Assembly (NCBI RefSeq): GCF_009914755.1
Contig: NC_060930.1
Strand: one strand, 5' to 3'
Source of the DNA: the human T2T-CHM13v2.0 reference genome, Homo sapiens
DNA: 64,000 nucleotides
The notes under the pieces were generated by a model that worked only from the letters and a program-made list of their open reading frames with translations, did no database searches and was not told where the DNA came from. Positions 26,936-39,386 of the stretch are shown here, in pieces. A program made the position numbers and the translations under genes. Positions within the stretch are counted from its first letter, which is position 1, and the number at the start of each line of letters is the position of its first letter.

Positions 26936-27479
26936 CTGAAGCAAGAGACAGTCAGTCCCTCGAGCCTCTCCCAGAACTGTCAGCAGTCCTTGCTTGTCTG
27001 TGATTTAATTCAACTTTATTTTCAAACTGTTCTTCCCTGGCAACCTAATAAATCAGCATCAGAACTGGAACACACTCCTGAGGTTACTCCTTGATTCTAC
27101 CCCAGGTGCCATCAGCTGCCTGTTGGACCCGTTCTCCCGCTCACCCCCCGTTTCTCCTTCTCCACAGAGTGTGCCGTCTGCTCAATGCCCTGGATACAGC
27201 GGGTGCTTCTCAGAGGAAGCTGAGTCTACCCCAGCTGTCAGGGATACACCCTCACTAGTCCAAAAATAAGGTTTGCTGCAGAGTTTCTGGGGAAGGATTT
27301 TTGCTCTAAAAAAGACATACGGAGAGATTGAGATTTTCCCCTCTCCACTGGATTTCGTCTACTTAGGTGCAATGGTGTGTTCTTACACCTAGCCTGAGAA
27401 TGACCACACGCAAGTTGGGGCAAGCTGAGTGACCGGAAGGAGCAAAGCTGAGTGACCGGAAGGAGGCAGAGTCTCAATC

Positions 27480-30030
27480 TCACACAGTCCAAGTCCCACA
27501 CAGCCCGAGTCCACACAGCCTGAGTCCACGCAGCCCGAATCCAAGGAGCCTGAGTCCACACAGCCTGAGTCCCACAAAACCTGAGTACCTCGCAACCCAA
27601 GTCCCACACAGCCCGAGTCCACACAGCCCAGGTCCACACAGCCCGAGTCCCACACAGCCCAAGTCCCATGTAGCCCAAGTCCACACAGCCCGAGTCCCAC
27701 AGAGCCCACGTACACACAGCCTGAGTCCCAAACAGCCTAAGTCCCATGCAGCACAAGTCCCACGCAGCCCAAGTCCACACAGCCTGAGTCCCACACAGCC
27801 CGAGTCCACACAGCCCGAGTCCCACGCAGCCCGAGTCCACGCAGCCCGAGTCCCACACAGCCTGAGTCAACACAGCCCGAGTCCCACACAGCCCGAGTCC
27901 ACACAGCCTGAGTCCCACACAGCCCGAGTCCACACATCCTGAGTCCCACACAGCCCAAGTCCACACATCCTGAGTCCCACACAGCCTGAGTCCACACAGA
28001 CCGAGTCCACACATCCTGAGTCCCACACATCCTGAGTCCACACAGACCGAGTCCCACACAGCCTGAGTCCCACATAGCCCGAGTCCCACGTAGACCAAAT
28101 CCCACGCGGCCCGAGTCCCACGTAGACCAAATCCCACGCAGCCTGAGTCCCACGCAGCCTGAGTCCACACAGCCTGAGTCCACGCAGCCTGAGTCCACGG
28201 AGCCTGAGTCCACACAGCCTGAGTCCCACACAACCTGAGTACCTCGCAACCCAAGTCCCACACAGCCCGAGTCCACACAGCCCAGGTCCACACAGCCTGA
28301 GTCCCACGCAGCCCAAGTCCCACGTAGCCCAAGTCCACACAGCCCGAGTCCCACAGAGCCCACGTCCACACAGCCTGAATCCCACACAGCCTGAGTCCCA
28401 TGCAGCACAAGTCCCACGCAGCCCGAGTCCACACAGCCTGAGTCCCACACAGCCCGAGTCCACACAGCCAAAGTCCACACAGCCAAAGTCCCACGCAGCC
28501 CGAGTCCCACACAGCCAAAGTCCCACACAGCCCGAGTCCCACACAGCCCGAGTCCACACAGCCTGAGTCCCACACAGCCCGAGTCCACACAGCCCGAGTC
28601 CCACAGAGCCAAAGTCCCATGCAGCCCGAGTCCCACACAGCCTGAGTCCACACAGCCCGAGTCCCACACAGCCCGAGTCCACACATCCTGAGTCCCACAC
28701 AGCCCGAGTCCACACATCCTGAGTCCCACACAGCCTGAGTCCACACAGACCAAGTCCACACATCCTGAGTCCCACACAGCCTGAGTCCACACAGACCGAG
28801 TCCCACACAGCCTGAGTCCCACATAGCCCGAGTCCCATGTAGACCAAATCCCACGCGGCCCGAGTCCCACGTAGACCAAATCCCATGCAGCCCGAGTCCC
28901 ACGCAGCCCGAGTCCACACAGCCTGAGTCCACGCAGCCCGAGTCCACGGAGCCTGAGTCCACACAACCTGAGTACCTCGCAACCCAAGTCCCACACAGCC
29001 CGAGTCCACACAGCCCAGGTCCACACAGCCCGAGTCCCACGCAGCCCAAGTCCCACGTAGCCCAAGTCCACACAGCCCGAGTCCCACAGAGCCCACGTCC
29101 ACACAGCCTGAGTCCCACACAGCCTGAGTCCCATGCAGCACAAGTCCCACGCAGCCCGAGTCCACACAGCCTGAGTCCCACACAGCCCAAGTCCACACAG
29201 CCAAAGTCCACACAGCCAAAGTCCACACAGCCAAAGTCCCACGCAGCCCGAGTCCCACACAGCCAAAGTCCCACGCAGCCTGAGTCCCACACAGCCCGAG
29301 TCCACACAGCCTGAGTCCACACAGCCCGAGTCCCACACAGCCCGAGTCCCACACAGCCTGAGTCCACACAGCCCAAGTCCCACGCAGCCCAAGTCCCACG
29401 CAGCCCGAGTCCCACACAGCCTGAGTCAACACAGCCCGAGTCCCACACAGCCTGAGTCCACACATCCTGAGTCCCACACATCCTGAGTCCCACACAGCCC
29501 GAGTCCACACAGCCCAAGTCCCACGCAGCCCAAGTCCCACGCAGCCCGAGTCCCACACAGCCTGAGTCAACATAGCCCGAGTCCCACACAGCCCGAGTCC
29601 ACACAGCCCAAGTCCCACGCAGCCCAAGTCCCACACAGCCCGAGTCCCACACAGCCCGAGTCAACACAGCCCGAGTCCCACACAGCCCGAGTCCACACAG
29701 CCCGAGTCCCACACAGCCCGAGTCCACACATCCTGAGTCCCACACAGCCTGAGTCCACACATCCTGAGTCCCACACATCCTGAGTCCCACACAGCCTGAG
29801 TCCACACAGCCCGAGTCCCACACAGCCTGAGTCCCACATAACCCGAGTCTCACGTAGACCGAATCCCACGCAGCCCGAGTCCACACAGCCTGACGCCCAC
29901 ACAGCCCGAGTCCCACACAGCCTGAGGCCCACACAGCCCAAGTCCGAGTCCCACGCAGCCCGAGTCCACACAGCCCGAGTCCACACAGCCCGAGTCCGAG
30001 TCCCACATAGCCCGAGTCCCACGCAGCCCT
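27480..30030. repeat. ~2.55-kb compound minisatellite of 15- and 16-bp units GAGTCC(C)ACACAGCC(C/T)
   Basis: Directly visible; source of the 951/589/551-aa repetitive ORFs. Confidence 0.98.
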
Positions 30031-30059
30031 GCTGGGCGATGCACTCATGACATGGGGCG

Positions 30060-30620
30060 TGTGATTTTCCCACTGCAGCTGCAAAAACCACACACATTTG
30101 GTGGCTCAAAACAACACAAATCTACCATATTGTAGTTCCGTGGGCCAGAAATTAGTCCCACTGGGCCCAAGTCAAAGTGTCCACAGGGGTGGCCCCTTCT
30201 GGAGGCTCCAGGAGAACCCCTTCCTGCCTGTTCCAGCTTCCAAGGCCACCGTGGTCCTCGACTCCTGGCCCCCGCTATCTTCAGAGGACATCGCTTCAAC
30301 CCCTGCCCCTGACACCAGGGCCCCTTCCCTCTCCTGAGGTCAGCGGCCCTCTGCCTGTCTTTTCCAGGGACGCCTGTGATTAATTCGGGAAATTTAGGGC
30401 CCACCCAGATCATCAGGGTCATCTTTCCTCTGTGGGCCCTTTCCTCAATCACATCTGCAAAGTCCCTTTTGCCACGCAAGGCCACATCCCCAGGTTCCAG
30501 GGATCAGGGCGTGGCACCACGGGCATCAGATTCCAGGAATTAGGGCGTGGCACTGCGGGCATCAGATTCTGGGAATTAGGGCATGGCACCGCGGGCATCA
30601 TGATTCAGCCTTCCACACTG
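30060..30620 (-). mobile_element. MaLR MLT1 (MLT1C/D-like) LTR with a ~34-bp triplication near 30497-30600
   Basis: ggtggctcaaaacaacacaaat...ctggaggctccaggagaa...cacatctgcaaagtccctttt...attcagccttccaca. Confidence 0.78.
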
Positions 30621-31589
30621 GGTAAGCCGTGTCCTTCATGTTGAAGTTGTGTGCATTCTGACAGGTACAAACCTTCCATGTTAATTTCTTCATAATTAAG
30701 GAAGAATTTCCAATGGCCTCTCACCCAAGCCATGCTAAAAAGGTGAATTAATCAGGCCTGCCAAGCGCCGGCCATTGCTGCCACCCATGCCCTCCCTACA
30801 CTCAAGCTCCACGGTCCTTGTTTAGAAAATTACCTACTGCCAGGCTGTGGGCATCTGCAAGACAGTGAGTGACATTCATTCAAAGAAAATACAAGAGCCC
30901 AATACGGGAGCCATGAGTCACCTGCTGTCACATTTCCACAAGACACCCATCTACCACCCACTGCCAGCAGGGCTGCTGGACTCCACGATGTGGTCACGTT
31001 TCCACCAGACACCCATCCACCACCCACCGCCGGCAGGGCTGCTGGACTCCACGAGAGTGCGTGAATGACAGCATGAGCTGGTGCCAAAACTTTCCGTTCG
31101 GAGCCTCATGGGCTTTCAGCCGGTGACCGCCCAGAGCGGCCCTGTGGCCTGTGGACACATAGACAGGTTTTCTGCCCAGGATGGTCATAGGTCTTTAATT
31201 TTTCCTGCTTATTATTTTTAATCTGGAGAGAAACCAAAAATGATGGCTGGTGCAGGGTTGGATTGAGACGCAATTGTGACATAGGTCCATTTGAAATGCT
31301 CCCGACCCCCCTGCCTGCCACTTTCTGTCTGATGCCCCTGGCTGCATGCGCTTGCAGGTGAGCCCCCCGCCTGCTGCTTTCTGTCTGACGCCCCCAGCTG
31401 CATACGCTTGCCTGTGTTGTTCATAACGCCCGGTGCTTTGCTGGGTAACGTCGCCAAGGGTTCTCCAAACCTTCAGAAGTGCCCTACGCAGCTGTTACTC
31501 AAACTAAAGGGCTGTGGCAAATTAGGTAGAACCAGGACCGTGAAGTCTGGGAGGTGAAAGCTTTAGGGGAAAGAGGCAGGAATTACTTT

Positions 31590-31790
31590 GTGCTGGGCAC
31601 GTGTGAGAGCCTAAGAATTCTGTCATGCACTCGCTGCTTATTCCACGTAATTTAAAATTTAAAATCCTGGTGAGCCGGCATTAATGTCCTAATTTTACAG
31701 ACATGGAGACAGGATTTCACAGAGGCTAACTCCCTTGTTTAATGTCACAGAGTCCTGTGCTGGGATTCAAAGCCAGGGCTGCCCAGGTCA
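31590..31790 (+). mobile_element. MIR fragment
   Basis: attttacagacatggagacagg...aatgtcacaga...ctgggattcaaagccagg. Confidence 0.55.
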
Positions 31791-32188
31791 GCTGATGGCA
31801 GCAAGTTCTTCAGGAACTCAACCTACAATGAGTTAGCTTTGCTTCTGAAAACACCACTGGAAGGCCACCATCAGTGGCGTATTTTATGGACACTCTCCAC
31901 CCCCATCCAGCTGTGGACACAGGGCCGTAAGCCTCAGTACCCCTGGAAGGCCACCATCAGTGGTGTATTTTATGGACAGCCCCCACCCCCACCCAGCTGT
32001 GGTCACAGGGTACTGAGCCTCGGTACCCAGGGAGAACATGGGGCGGACTTCTCCGTGATCTGATCAAATATTTGGTCAGCTTCCAGGACAAGAGGTGACC
32101 CAGCAGATGGGGTTTAGACACTGCAATATTGGTGCTGAGGAGACATTTTGCACGGGCCTTCAGAAGGAAGGAGAAAGTGTGGACCATT

Positions 32189-32950
32189 TGTGTGTGTGTG
32201 CATGTGTGTGTGTGCGTGTGTGCGTGAGTGTGTGCATCCATGCATATTTGCATGTGTGTATATTTGCGTGTGTGCATGTGCGTGTGCATGTGTGCGTGCG
32301 TGTGTGCATGTGTTTGTATGTGCATGTGCGTGTGTGCATGTATGTGCGTTTGCATGTGTGTGTGCATGTGTGCACGTGCATGTGTCTGCATGCCTGCATG
32401 TGTGTGCATGTGTGTGCATGCGTATTTGCATGTGTGTGCGTGTGTGCATGCATACATGTGTGCGTGAGTGTGCATGCATGCATATTTGCATGCGTGTGTG
32501 CACGTGTGTGCGCATGTGCGTGCGTGTGTGCACGTGCATGCATGTGCATGTGTTTGCATATGTGTATGTGTGCATGCGTGTGTGCATGTATGCGTGTTTG
32601 TGTATGCATGTGTGCGTGCGTGTGCATGCGTGCGTGTTTGCATGCGTGTGTGTGCATGTGTGTGTTTGCATGCGTGTGTGTGCATGTGTGCATGTTTGCA
32701 TGTGTGTGCATGCATGTGTGTGCATGCATGTGTGTGTGCGTGCGTCTGTGTGCATGTGTGTGCGTGTGTGTGCACGCGTGCATGTTTGCGTGTGTGTGCG
32801 TGCGTGTGTGTGCGTGTTTGCATGCATGTGTGTGCGTGTGTGCATGCGTGCATGTGTGCGTGTGTGTGCATGCGTGTGTGTGCGTGTGTGTGCATGCATG
32901 TGTGTGCGTGCGTGTGTGCGTGTGTGTGCGTGCGTGTGTGTGCATGCGTG
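32189..32950. repeat. ~760-bp alternating purine-pyrimidine tract (TG/CATG/CG)n
   Basis: Directly visible. Confidence 0.97.
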
Positions 32951-33563
32951 GCAGTTTTAAGTTACTAGTTTTTAAAGTCAGCACATTTTCATTGAATCAA
33001 CTTGGTCAAAATCTATTACAGAATTTGGAACCCATTAAAGGAAAGTTCAGTGAGAAGCCCGTGTCTTCTCTTGGTCAACAATGGAACTTCTATGGAAATA
33101 CTTAGGCAAAGACTTGAGTTTCCTTTGACCAACTTCTGGTGTTGAATCTGCTGAAGCTTGATAGGAATTTGATCATTCTCGGTTAGTAGTTTTTTTCTGG
33201 GTGGAATTGCTTTTTCACTACCTGTGTGTAAGGGGAGGAATCATCTGTCCTAAGGACCTGGTGGAAGCTGAAAGGGGCTCTGTTGGTTTCTACATAAAAG
33301 TGAAGAGTAAGTCTGTCCCTAAACTGCCTGGGCAGAAGGCCGGCTTCTCCCGGCAAAGGCCACGTGACACATGGAGAATTCAACAGCAACACTGAGTAAA
33401 TGTGTTGGAATCTCACATTTTAGTTTCCCAGTTACTGACTGTGCATTCCCACATTTACAATTATTGAAGTACGTTCAAGAATGTAGAGTGTGAGCTTTAT
33501 ATAGTCTTGAGCAGTGCCCTGCTTTTAAGAGTGAATTATTTTTTAAATGGAAATGAGACTCAT

Positions 33564-33684
33564 CTCTCCTGGATCTGAAGCTTGCCGTCAACTACCAGGA
33601 CCTGAGACTCCCCCCGGCGCTTCCCATTTTCCTCAGGAGGAAGCCCTGTTGTTTCAGTGGGTGTGTGGTGAAGGGCAAGTTCTC
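33564..33684 (-). pseudogene. Putative exon (GELALHHTPTETTGLPPEENGKRRGESQVLVVDGKLQIQER) with non-canonical donor
   Basis: Acceptor ttcacgttag|; ends GAGAG|atgagt where gtgagt is expected; in phase with exon 34523-34610. Confidence 0.5.
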
Positions 33685-34522
33685 CTAACGTGAACGTCAT
33701 TAATGAAAGTTCTGCCATTTTTCTTCTTCTTTGTGAACAGCCCTTACCTGGTGAGCTGGGGAAACGGGGCCACAGGGGAGTCAGGCCTATGGGGGTGTCC
33801 GGACAGAGGGGCCGGGTGCGTGAGCCTTCCGGGGTGCCTCCGCCAGGCTTGAGCATTCTGTTAGTCCGGGCAGAGAGAACATGCTTTTCTAAGTCAAAAA
33901 CCACTCATAAATCATGGGTTAGGAGTTACAACATCACCACAAATCCAGCGCTGCTCAGAGTTAAAACACGTCCTCGCCCCGCACACGCACAGGCTCTCTC
34001 TGTGCCATCACCATCCATCTGGTCTCCGGGGCCCATTTCTGGAATGTGAGGAGACAAGAGTTTGGGGCGCGCTTGCCGCTGTCCTCACGGACTCCTGGGG
34101 CAGCCCCAGGCACCCGCGAGAACCCGCCCCCCCAACCACCGGCCAACTTGGAGGCAACAAAGAGTGAATCAGAAATGCATGGCTGACATTTCCCTGAAAA
34201 TAAATATATGCTAAAAAGTTAAAGAGAAATGTGGTTGGCCAAATGCATTTGGGGTTTTAATCAAACCAAAGTTATGTGAAAAACAGCCTGAAATACTCAA
34301 GTCACAGAGGCCTCAGGCGAGGGTCCATGAAGTCCCCCTCGGCACTCGTGTGTGGGTGGGACAGGGCCGGTCCTGACTTGGCCCCCTCCTTCCTCCCTGG
34401 GGCTTCTTCCCGGGCGCACAAAGCCAGGCAGGGTTAATAATGTTTATTACGTGCTTTGATGAGACGCTGTCTATTTGAAGCAACTAAGATCAGTTTATAT
34501 ATTGAATCTGAAATAAACATAC

Positions 34523-34610
34523 CCATATGAAGATAATTTTTTTTCAAATTTTCCTTCTTTCGAGAGGCCCAATATAATCTTTTTGCTGCTTTACGGAGAC
34601 TGCACACGTC
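34523..34610 (-). pseudogene. Putative exon (DVCSLRKAAKRLYWASRKKENLKKNYLHM)
   Basis: Pyrimidine tract + ctttcaaag| acceptor, ATGG|gtatgt donor. Confidence 0.55.
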
Positions 34611-37133
34611 CTTTGAAAGCATTGAGGAGGGAAACAAAGCTAAGTGGCTGGTGGAGCTGCCCCCGCTGAATCTGGGCATAATTCCATCTCAAACGAAAGT
34701 GGGCGGAAGAGCTATGAAAACAATTTTGGAAAGGTGGCCGGCTGTGAATCAACACCTTGGGGAATATTTAGGAACCTCACTGAATTTGCCTGTGGACATA
34801 GCAACTGAGTGTCCCAGCGCACATGTAATATCGTGAAGTTGTCCTGTCCCGAATTCTGATGCACAAGAAAGGGCAGGAGCAGAGGCCTGCGTGGTTCGTG
34901 GATCGCCCAAGTGCCAGTTCTGCCTTTGCTCTGATGCCAAACCAAGGAGGTCTGCATTTTCATCTGGGAAGGGGATGGAGTATCTGTGCCCCTGGCAGGA
35001 CCATGTGGAAAGCCTTCTGCTCCACCCGTGGGAAGCCAGACCATGGTCTTGCTCACATTCTGAGAGACAGGGACCTTTGGGGATTGGCACACAGAAATAA
35101 TTCGGATGCATCCTCCCAGCAAGCAGGGCACCTCTGTGTCTGCCGGTGGGTCTGGCTCTGGCTTTGCAGCTGCAGGTCTTGCAAAGCCATGGGAGCTGCC
35201 TGCCAAGCTGCTGGTAGCTGGAGGCCTTGGCCGAGGTGGGCTGCAGTGCATGTGCCCGCACAGGTGTGCCCACCCAGGTGTGCCTGCTCAGGTGTGGGGC
35301 TTGTCTCACACACTCCTTGTGCCAGTTTTTCCTCCCAGCTGGAAGTCAACAGGGACAAATAGCCCCAGGCCCCTTAAACTGGAAACTGTCAGTCACCCAT
35401 TCCTCCTGGTCTGAAGTGTGTGAGAGAACATGGTGCTTTGTACACACATGTGAATGTGGACAGCATTGCATGTGTGTCCCACGTGTCCCATGGAGGCTGC
35501 TGGGCTGTTACAGCCGTTCTTGCAGAAACAAGCTGAATTCTTGCTTTCAGGTTATAAAAAAGACCTGGCACTGCACTGGAGGTTGTGGGACCTTCTGCTA
35601 ACATTTGGCCTGGGGATGCTGGAAGATCCCTAACCCTTGGTGAGACACCCTTGGAGGCTGGCTGAGGGCACCACCTTCCTGTGAGTCCCTACCACAGCCT
35701 GGCAGCGCTTCCAGCCATCTGGCTGGGCTTGCCGCACACCTGGGCTGATCCCTGTCCCTGACTGGGAGCCACACTTCACCCAACAGCTTTCCTTTCTCTT
35801 TTAGGAGGGGTGAGGGTGGAAGGAAAGACAGGTTTGATTGAAAACCAGGTGGACTTTTGCAGATTTATTTTTTAATTTTGCATTTCTTTGAGTCACAGAA
35901 TCCAAAAGTAGTTTTGTGGATGCAAACACATAATTAAGGCAAACAGCAGCAAAGGGGACATGAGGGGTGGAGCCCCCTCTCCACCACTGTTCACCAGCAT
36001 TTCTGTGACCCAAGGGGACGTGAGGGATGGAGCCCGCTCTCCTCCTGTGTGCACCAGCACTGCTGTGACCATTGGTGTCATTCTTCTTTAATGGAGGGTC
36101 CTGTGCTTGGCTTCAAAGGCCTCCTCCAGCTGGGCCACCTCAGGCAATTTCCTGCCTGGTTTTAACTCATCATGTGTGTGTATATCATGCGTGTATGTGC
36201 CATGTTGTATATGCAGGGCATGTATGTATATGCCACGTGTGTACTCGCCAGGTGCATTTACGTCGTGTGCAGATGCCGCATGTGTATACACCACGTGTGT
36301 ATACATGTGTGTTCATCGTATATATGCATCATATACATTTAAACTAAAGCCCCTGCAGGCATGTGCTGGTCCACCCCTGCCTTGAGTGCCTGCACACATC
36401 CAAGTTCAGGGCTAGTTCTGGGCAGAACTGGGGTCTCGGGGGCTTACCCCTGTCAGGGCTCCAGGGCTGGGGAGCCTTTCCCATCCTGAGTTTTAATTCA
36501 GTGCAGGAGGTCCTGGAGGTCTTGTGTGCAGGCTGGCCACCTCCTGAGCATTGAGTCTTCAGTGGGTGACGTTTACTGAGGTTCCCAGGGTGGGACTGCG
36601 CAGCCACCATTGGTGAACACAGAGCAGGACCTGCCCTGAAGGAACCGCAGGGGATGGGGCTGTGTCCGTGCCAGCCTTGCAGCTCTCTTCCTCTTCTGTC
36701 CTCAGAGGCCTCGCAGGGCAGTGGACGGCCAGGGCAGTGTGAGGAGATGGGGACACATGTCAGCAGGGGCCGTTGGGTGGAGGAAGCCGGCAGGATGCAG
36801 GCGTCCCTCCATCTCAGCTGCCCGTTGTGTAGAACTGGCCCAAGCCTGGGGCCTTCTCTCTGTTTAGCCTCTGTCCCCAGCAGAGCTTCTCAGGCCTGTG
36901 GTTCCACTTGTCCACTGAAGGGGCTCCATCAAGCCTGGAGGTCCCCAGGGAGGAGAGGGTGGCCTAGCTCCGGCCACCAGGCCTGCCTCAGAAGGGAGAG
37001 CCCTGCTTTATCTATTTTGTTTGTTGGCATTTCTGGGCAAGATTTTTTTTGAAGAAAGAAATCTGAGTCTGAGGGTAAAAAAAAAAGTTTGGAAACCTCT
37101 ACTTTAGGTTTTCGATGATGGCTGTGTACTTAC

Positions 37134-37521
37134 TGTGCTGAAGTAAATGCTGCTTTGCTCCATTGTCGTTCAGCTCGGCATCGTCAATCGTCGCTCTGTT
37201 CTCGTGACAGCTGCTGGCCTCGCAGGCAGGATGTCCATACGGAGGGTCGCCTGCTGCAGCGGGAGCCGGCCGACCACACACTCGGGCTGTGCATTCAACA
37301 TCGCCTCCGTCAACTGTGCCCTGGAAGTGACTTTTGAGTCGACAAACCAAAAACTCAACAGCCAGTAAGAAACTAAGCTACTGTAATATACAGAAAATAC
37401 CCACATCACATACAGAGACAGAGCGTTACCTGGGTATATTAAACTAAACTCAGTCTTTACAGCTTCCATCGTATGCCAGCTCTGTCCGTTACACAACTTG
37501 AGGACAGTCTTGGTCTCTGCC
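37134..37521 (-). pseudogene. Two putative exons, 37430-37521 and 37134-37320, separated by a 109-bp intron
   Basis: catttcaag|...CCAG|gtaacg and cacttccag|...CACA|gtaagt; second is open in phase 0, first has two TAA in the joining frame. Confidence 0.6.
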
Positions 37522-38687
37522 CTTGAAATGAGATTGGTTGAAAGAATATTCTGTTGTTTAAAATATTTTAATTTCCTGTAATAGCATCGCCATGTTCTGG
37601 GTGCACATGAAAAGTTAGCCATTTCCCAAAATTATTACACAGTAAGATTTGTTCAAGTTTCTGATAGTCTTTTGTTAGGAGTGTATTGAGCATGTATGAG
37701 GTTGAACACACGTGGTGGCAGCCTGGTCAGGGGCCCGGTGTCTCCTCGGGCCTTGGCGGCAGCTCCCAGGGATCCTGAGGCTGCAGCCTCAGCCAGGGCC
37801 TCCTGCTCTGCTCCAGGCAGGCCGGGGTGCTGGGAGCCAGGCCTGCTAGTGGGAGGAAGCCCACGGTGCATGCTGTGTTCTGGTGCCCAGAGTCCCACAG
37901 AGCCGCCACGTGGGCAACTCATGACACCCCTCCTCCCTGCCCATCCCCGGCTCACACCCCGGGACCACCTCCCACAGTAACCACCTTCACTCAGACCCTT
38001 GTTTCCTGGGAAACCAAACCTTCCTAAGACACACGGATGTAGAAATCCCAGCACGCACAGAGCTGTGTGCTGTTTACACAAATGAGTAAACAAAACCAGA
38101 CGCAGGTGCGAGGAGAGCAGTGGCCAAGTCCAACCACCGGGGCCCGGGCTGGGTCAGACGGACAGGCAGTAGCTCCGGCTGCTACGGGGGTACGTGGTCA
38201 GGTCAGCTGTCTCCTGAAACCAAACCCAGTGTCCTGTTTCCAGGTGGGAATTTGAAGTGACCAGTTTGTCTGCACCAGGGTGCGGAGGGAGAGGGGGCTT
38301 GCTGCCTGCCATGGCCTCGGGGCCTCTGTCGCAGCATGAAAATTTGGGGTGAGAGGCCTTCATGCCTCTGCCTGCCCTCCTCACCTGACCCCAGGGACGC
38401 CCTGGCCCCTGGAGGTGGGAGGAGAGTATTGCCTCCTGACCCGGCAGCACCTGCTGCTCCCGCCATCTCCTGAATCCCTGGCCGCCTTTATCCTCACACC
38501 TGAACAGAGGAAACCATCACACCTTTGTGCCCGACGAGGGAGGCCCAGAGGGCTTAAACCTCCCCTGCTGTGATTTCCGCAGTGTTCTCCATAGGCGTAA
38601 GATGGGTCATCCTCTAGCCGAGGGGGAGCTGCCCAGCTGACCACTGGAAGCTGTTCTCCAGCTGCTCCCAGCCCAGACCAGGCCAAC

Positions 38688-39386
38688 CAGCTCCGTCCGT
38701 GTATGCAGCCTCAAACCGATGATGCTGTTGCCAATCCTTGCTTCTCAGCTGAACGTGTTTTCTGATTACAACGTAGTACAGACTTAAAAGAGGACATAGA
38801 AAAGTTGAATTGGAAGGAGGAAGAACGGGAAGAAGACGTGTTATCATCTTAACACCTGTAAGTCTCTTCAAATTTTGATCTATTTCCTAAAATACACACA
38901 TGCATGCAAACATAGGCACGCGCATGAATACACTGTATGCACACCAAGGAGGCAGTGAGCACACGTGCTTTACGTCAAAGGAATGAATTTGAGTTGCCAG
39001 GTAACATGCACTTCCTCAGGTCACTCATTTCGAGGGTGATGATATTAATACTAGGAACCACCCCCAGGGCTATTGCGGGGGTTACAGGAGGAAGCAGCGC
39101 AGGACTCAGGGGGCTAGGGCGACTCGAAATCCTCAGGTACAGACACCAGCTTCTTTATAACGGCACACACTTGTGGGTGTTGTGTAAATACACTTACAAA
39201 AAACAACGCTGAGACCAGACTTGAACATTTTCTCTTGACTCCATACTTTGAAAACTTTCCTATATCCCACACGAATCTTGTTCTGTAATTTACGAAACCC
39301 ATCCCCTCTTGTGAGGGCAGTTTTGAGCTTCTCCCTTGTACATGTCCTTCTCTCAGCAATTACACTGGAGATCTCTGGCAATTTCT
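38688..39386 (-). pseudogene. Two putative exons, 39198-39386 (189 nt) and 38688-38855 (168 nt), open and in phase
   Basis: ttttactttag|...TTTT|gtaagt and gacttacag|...GCTG|gttggc; spliced read KLPEISSVIAERR...KSGLSVVFCVKMITRLLPVLPPSNSTFLCPLLSLYYVVIRKH...AYTDGA with no stop. Confidence 0.65.

Noticed and set aside
27238-30109. 951-, 589- and 551-aa ORFs as real proteins
   Set aside because: They lie in a 15/16-bp minisatellite lacking stops in all three minus frames; the same peptides rotate through every frame.
31957-33105. His/Thr- and Cys/Val-rich ORFs up to 336 aa
   Set aside because: Translation of a TG/CA microsatellite-like tract.
38760-38855. RhoGAP-like look of RLLPVLPPSNSTFL..LL, and RGS-like look of VLEFWL at ~46070
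   Set aside because: Only short patterns; downstream RhoGAP (NxM...NLA) and RGS motifs are absent, so no family or gene symbol assigned.
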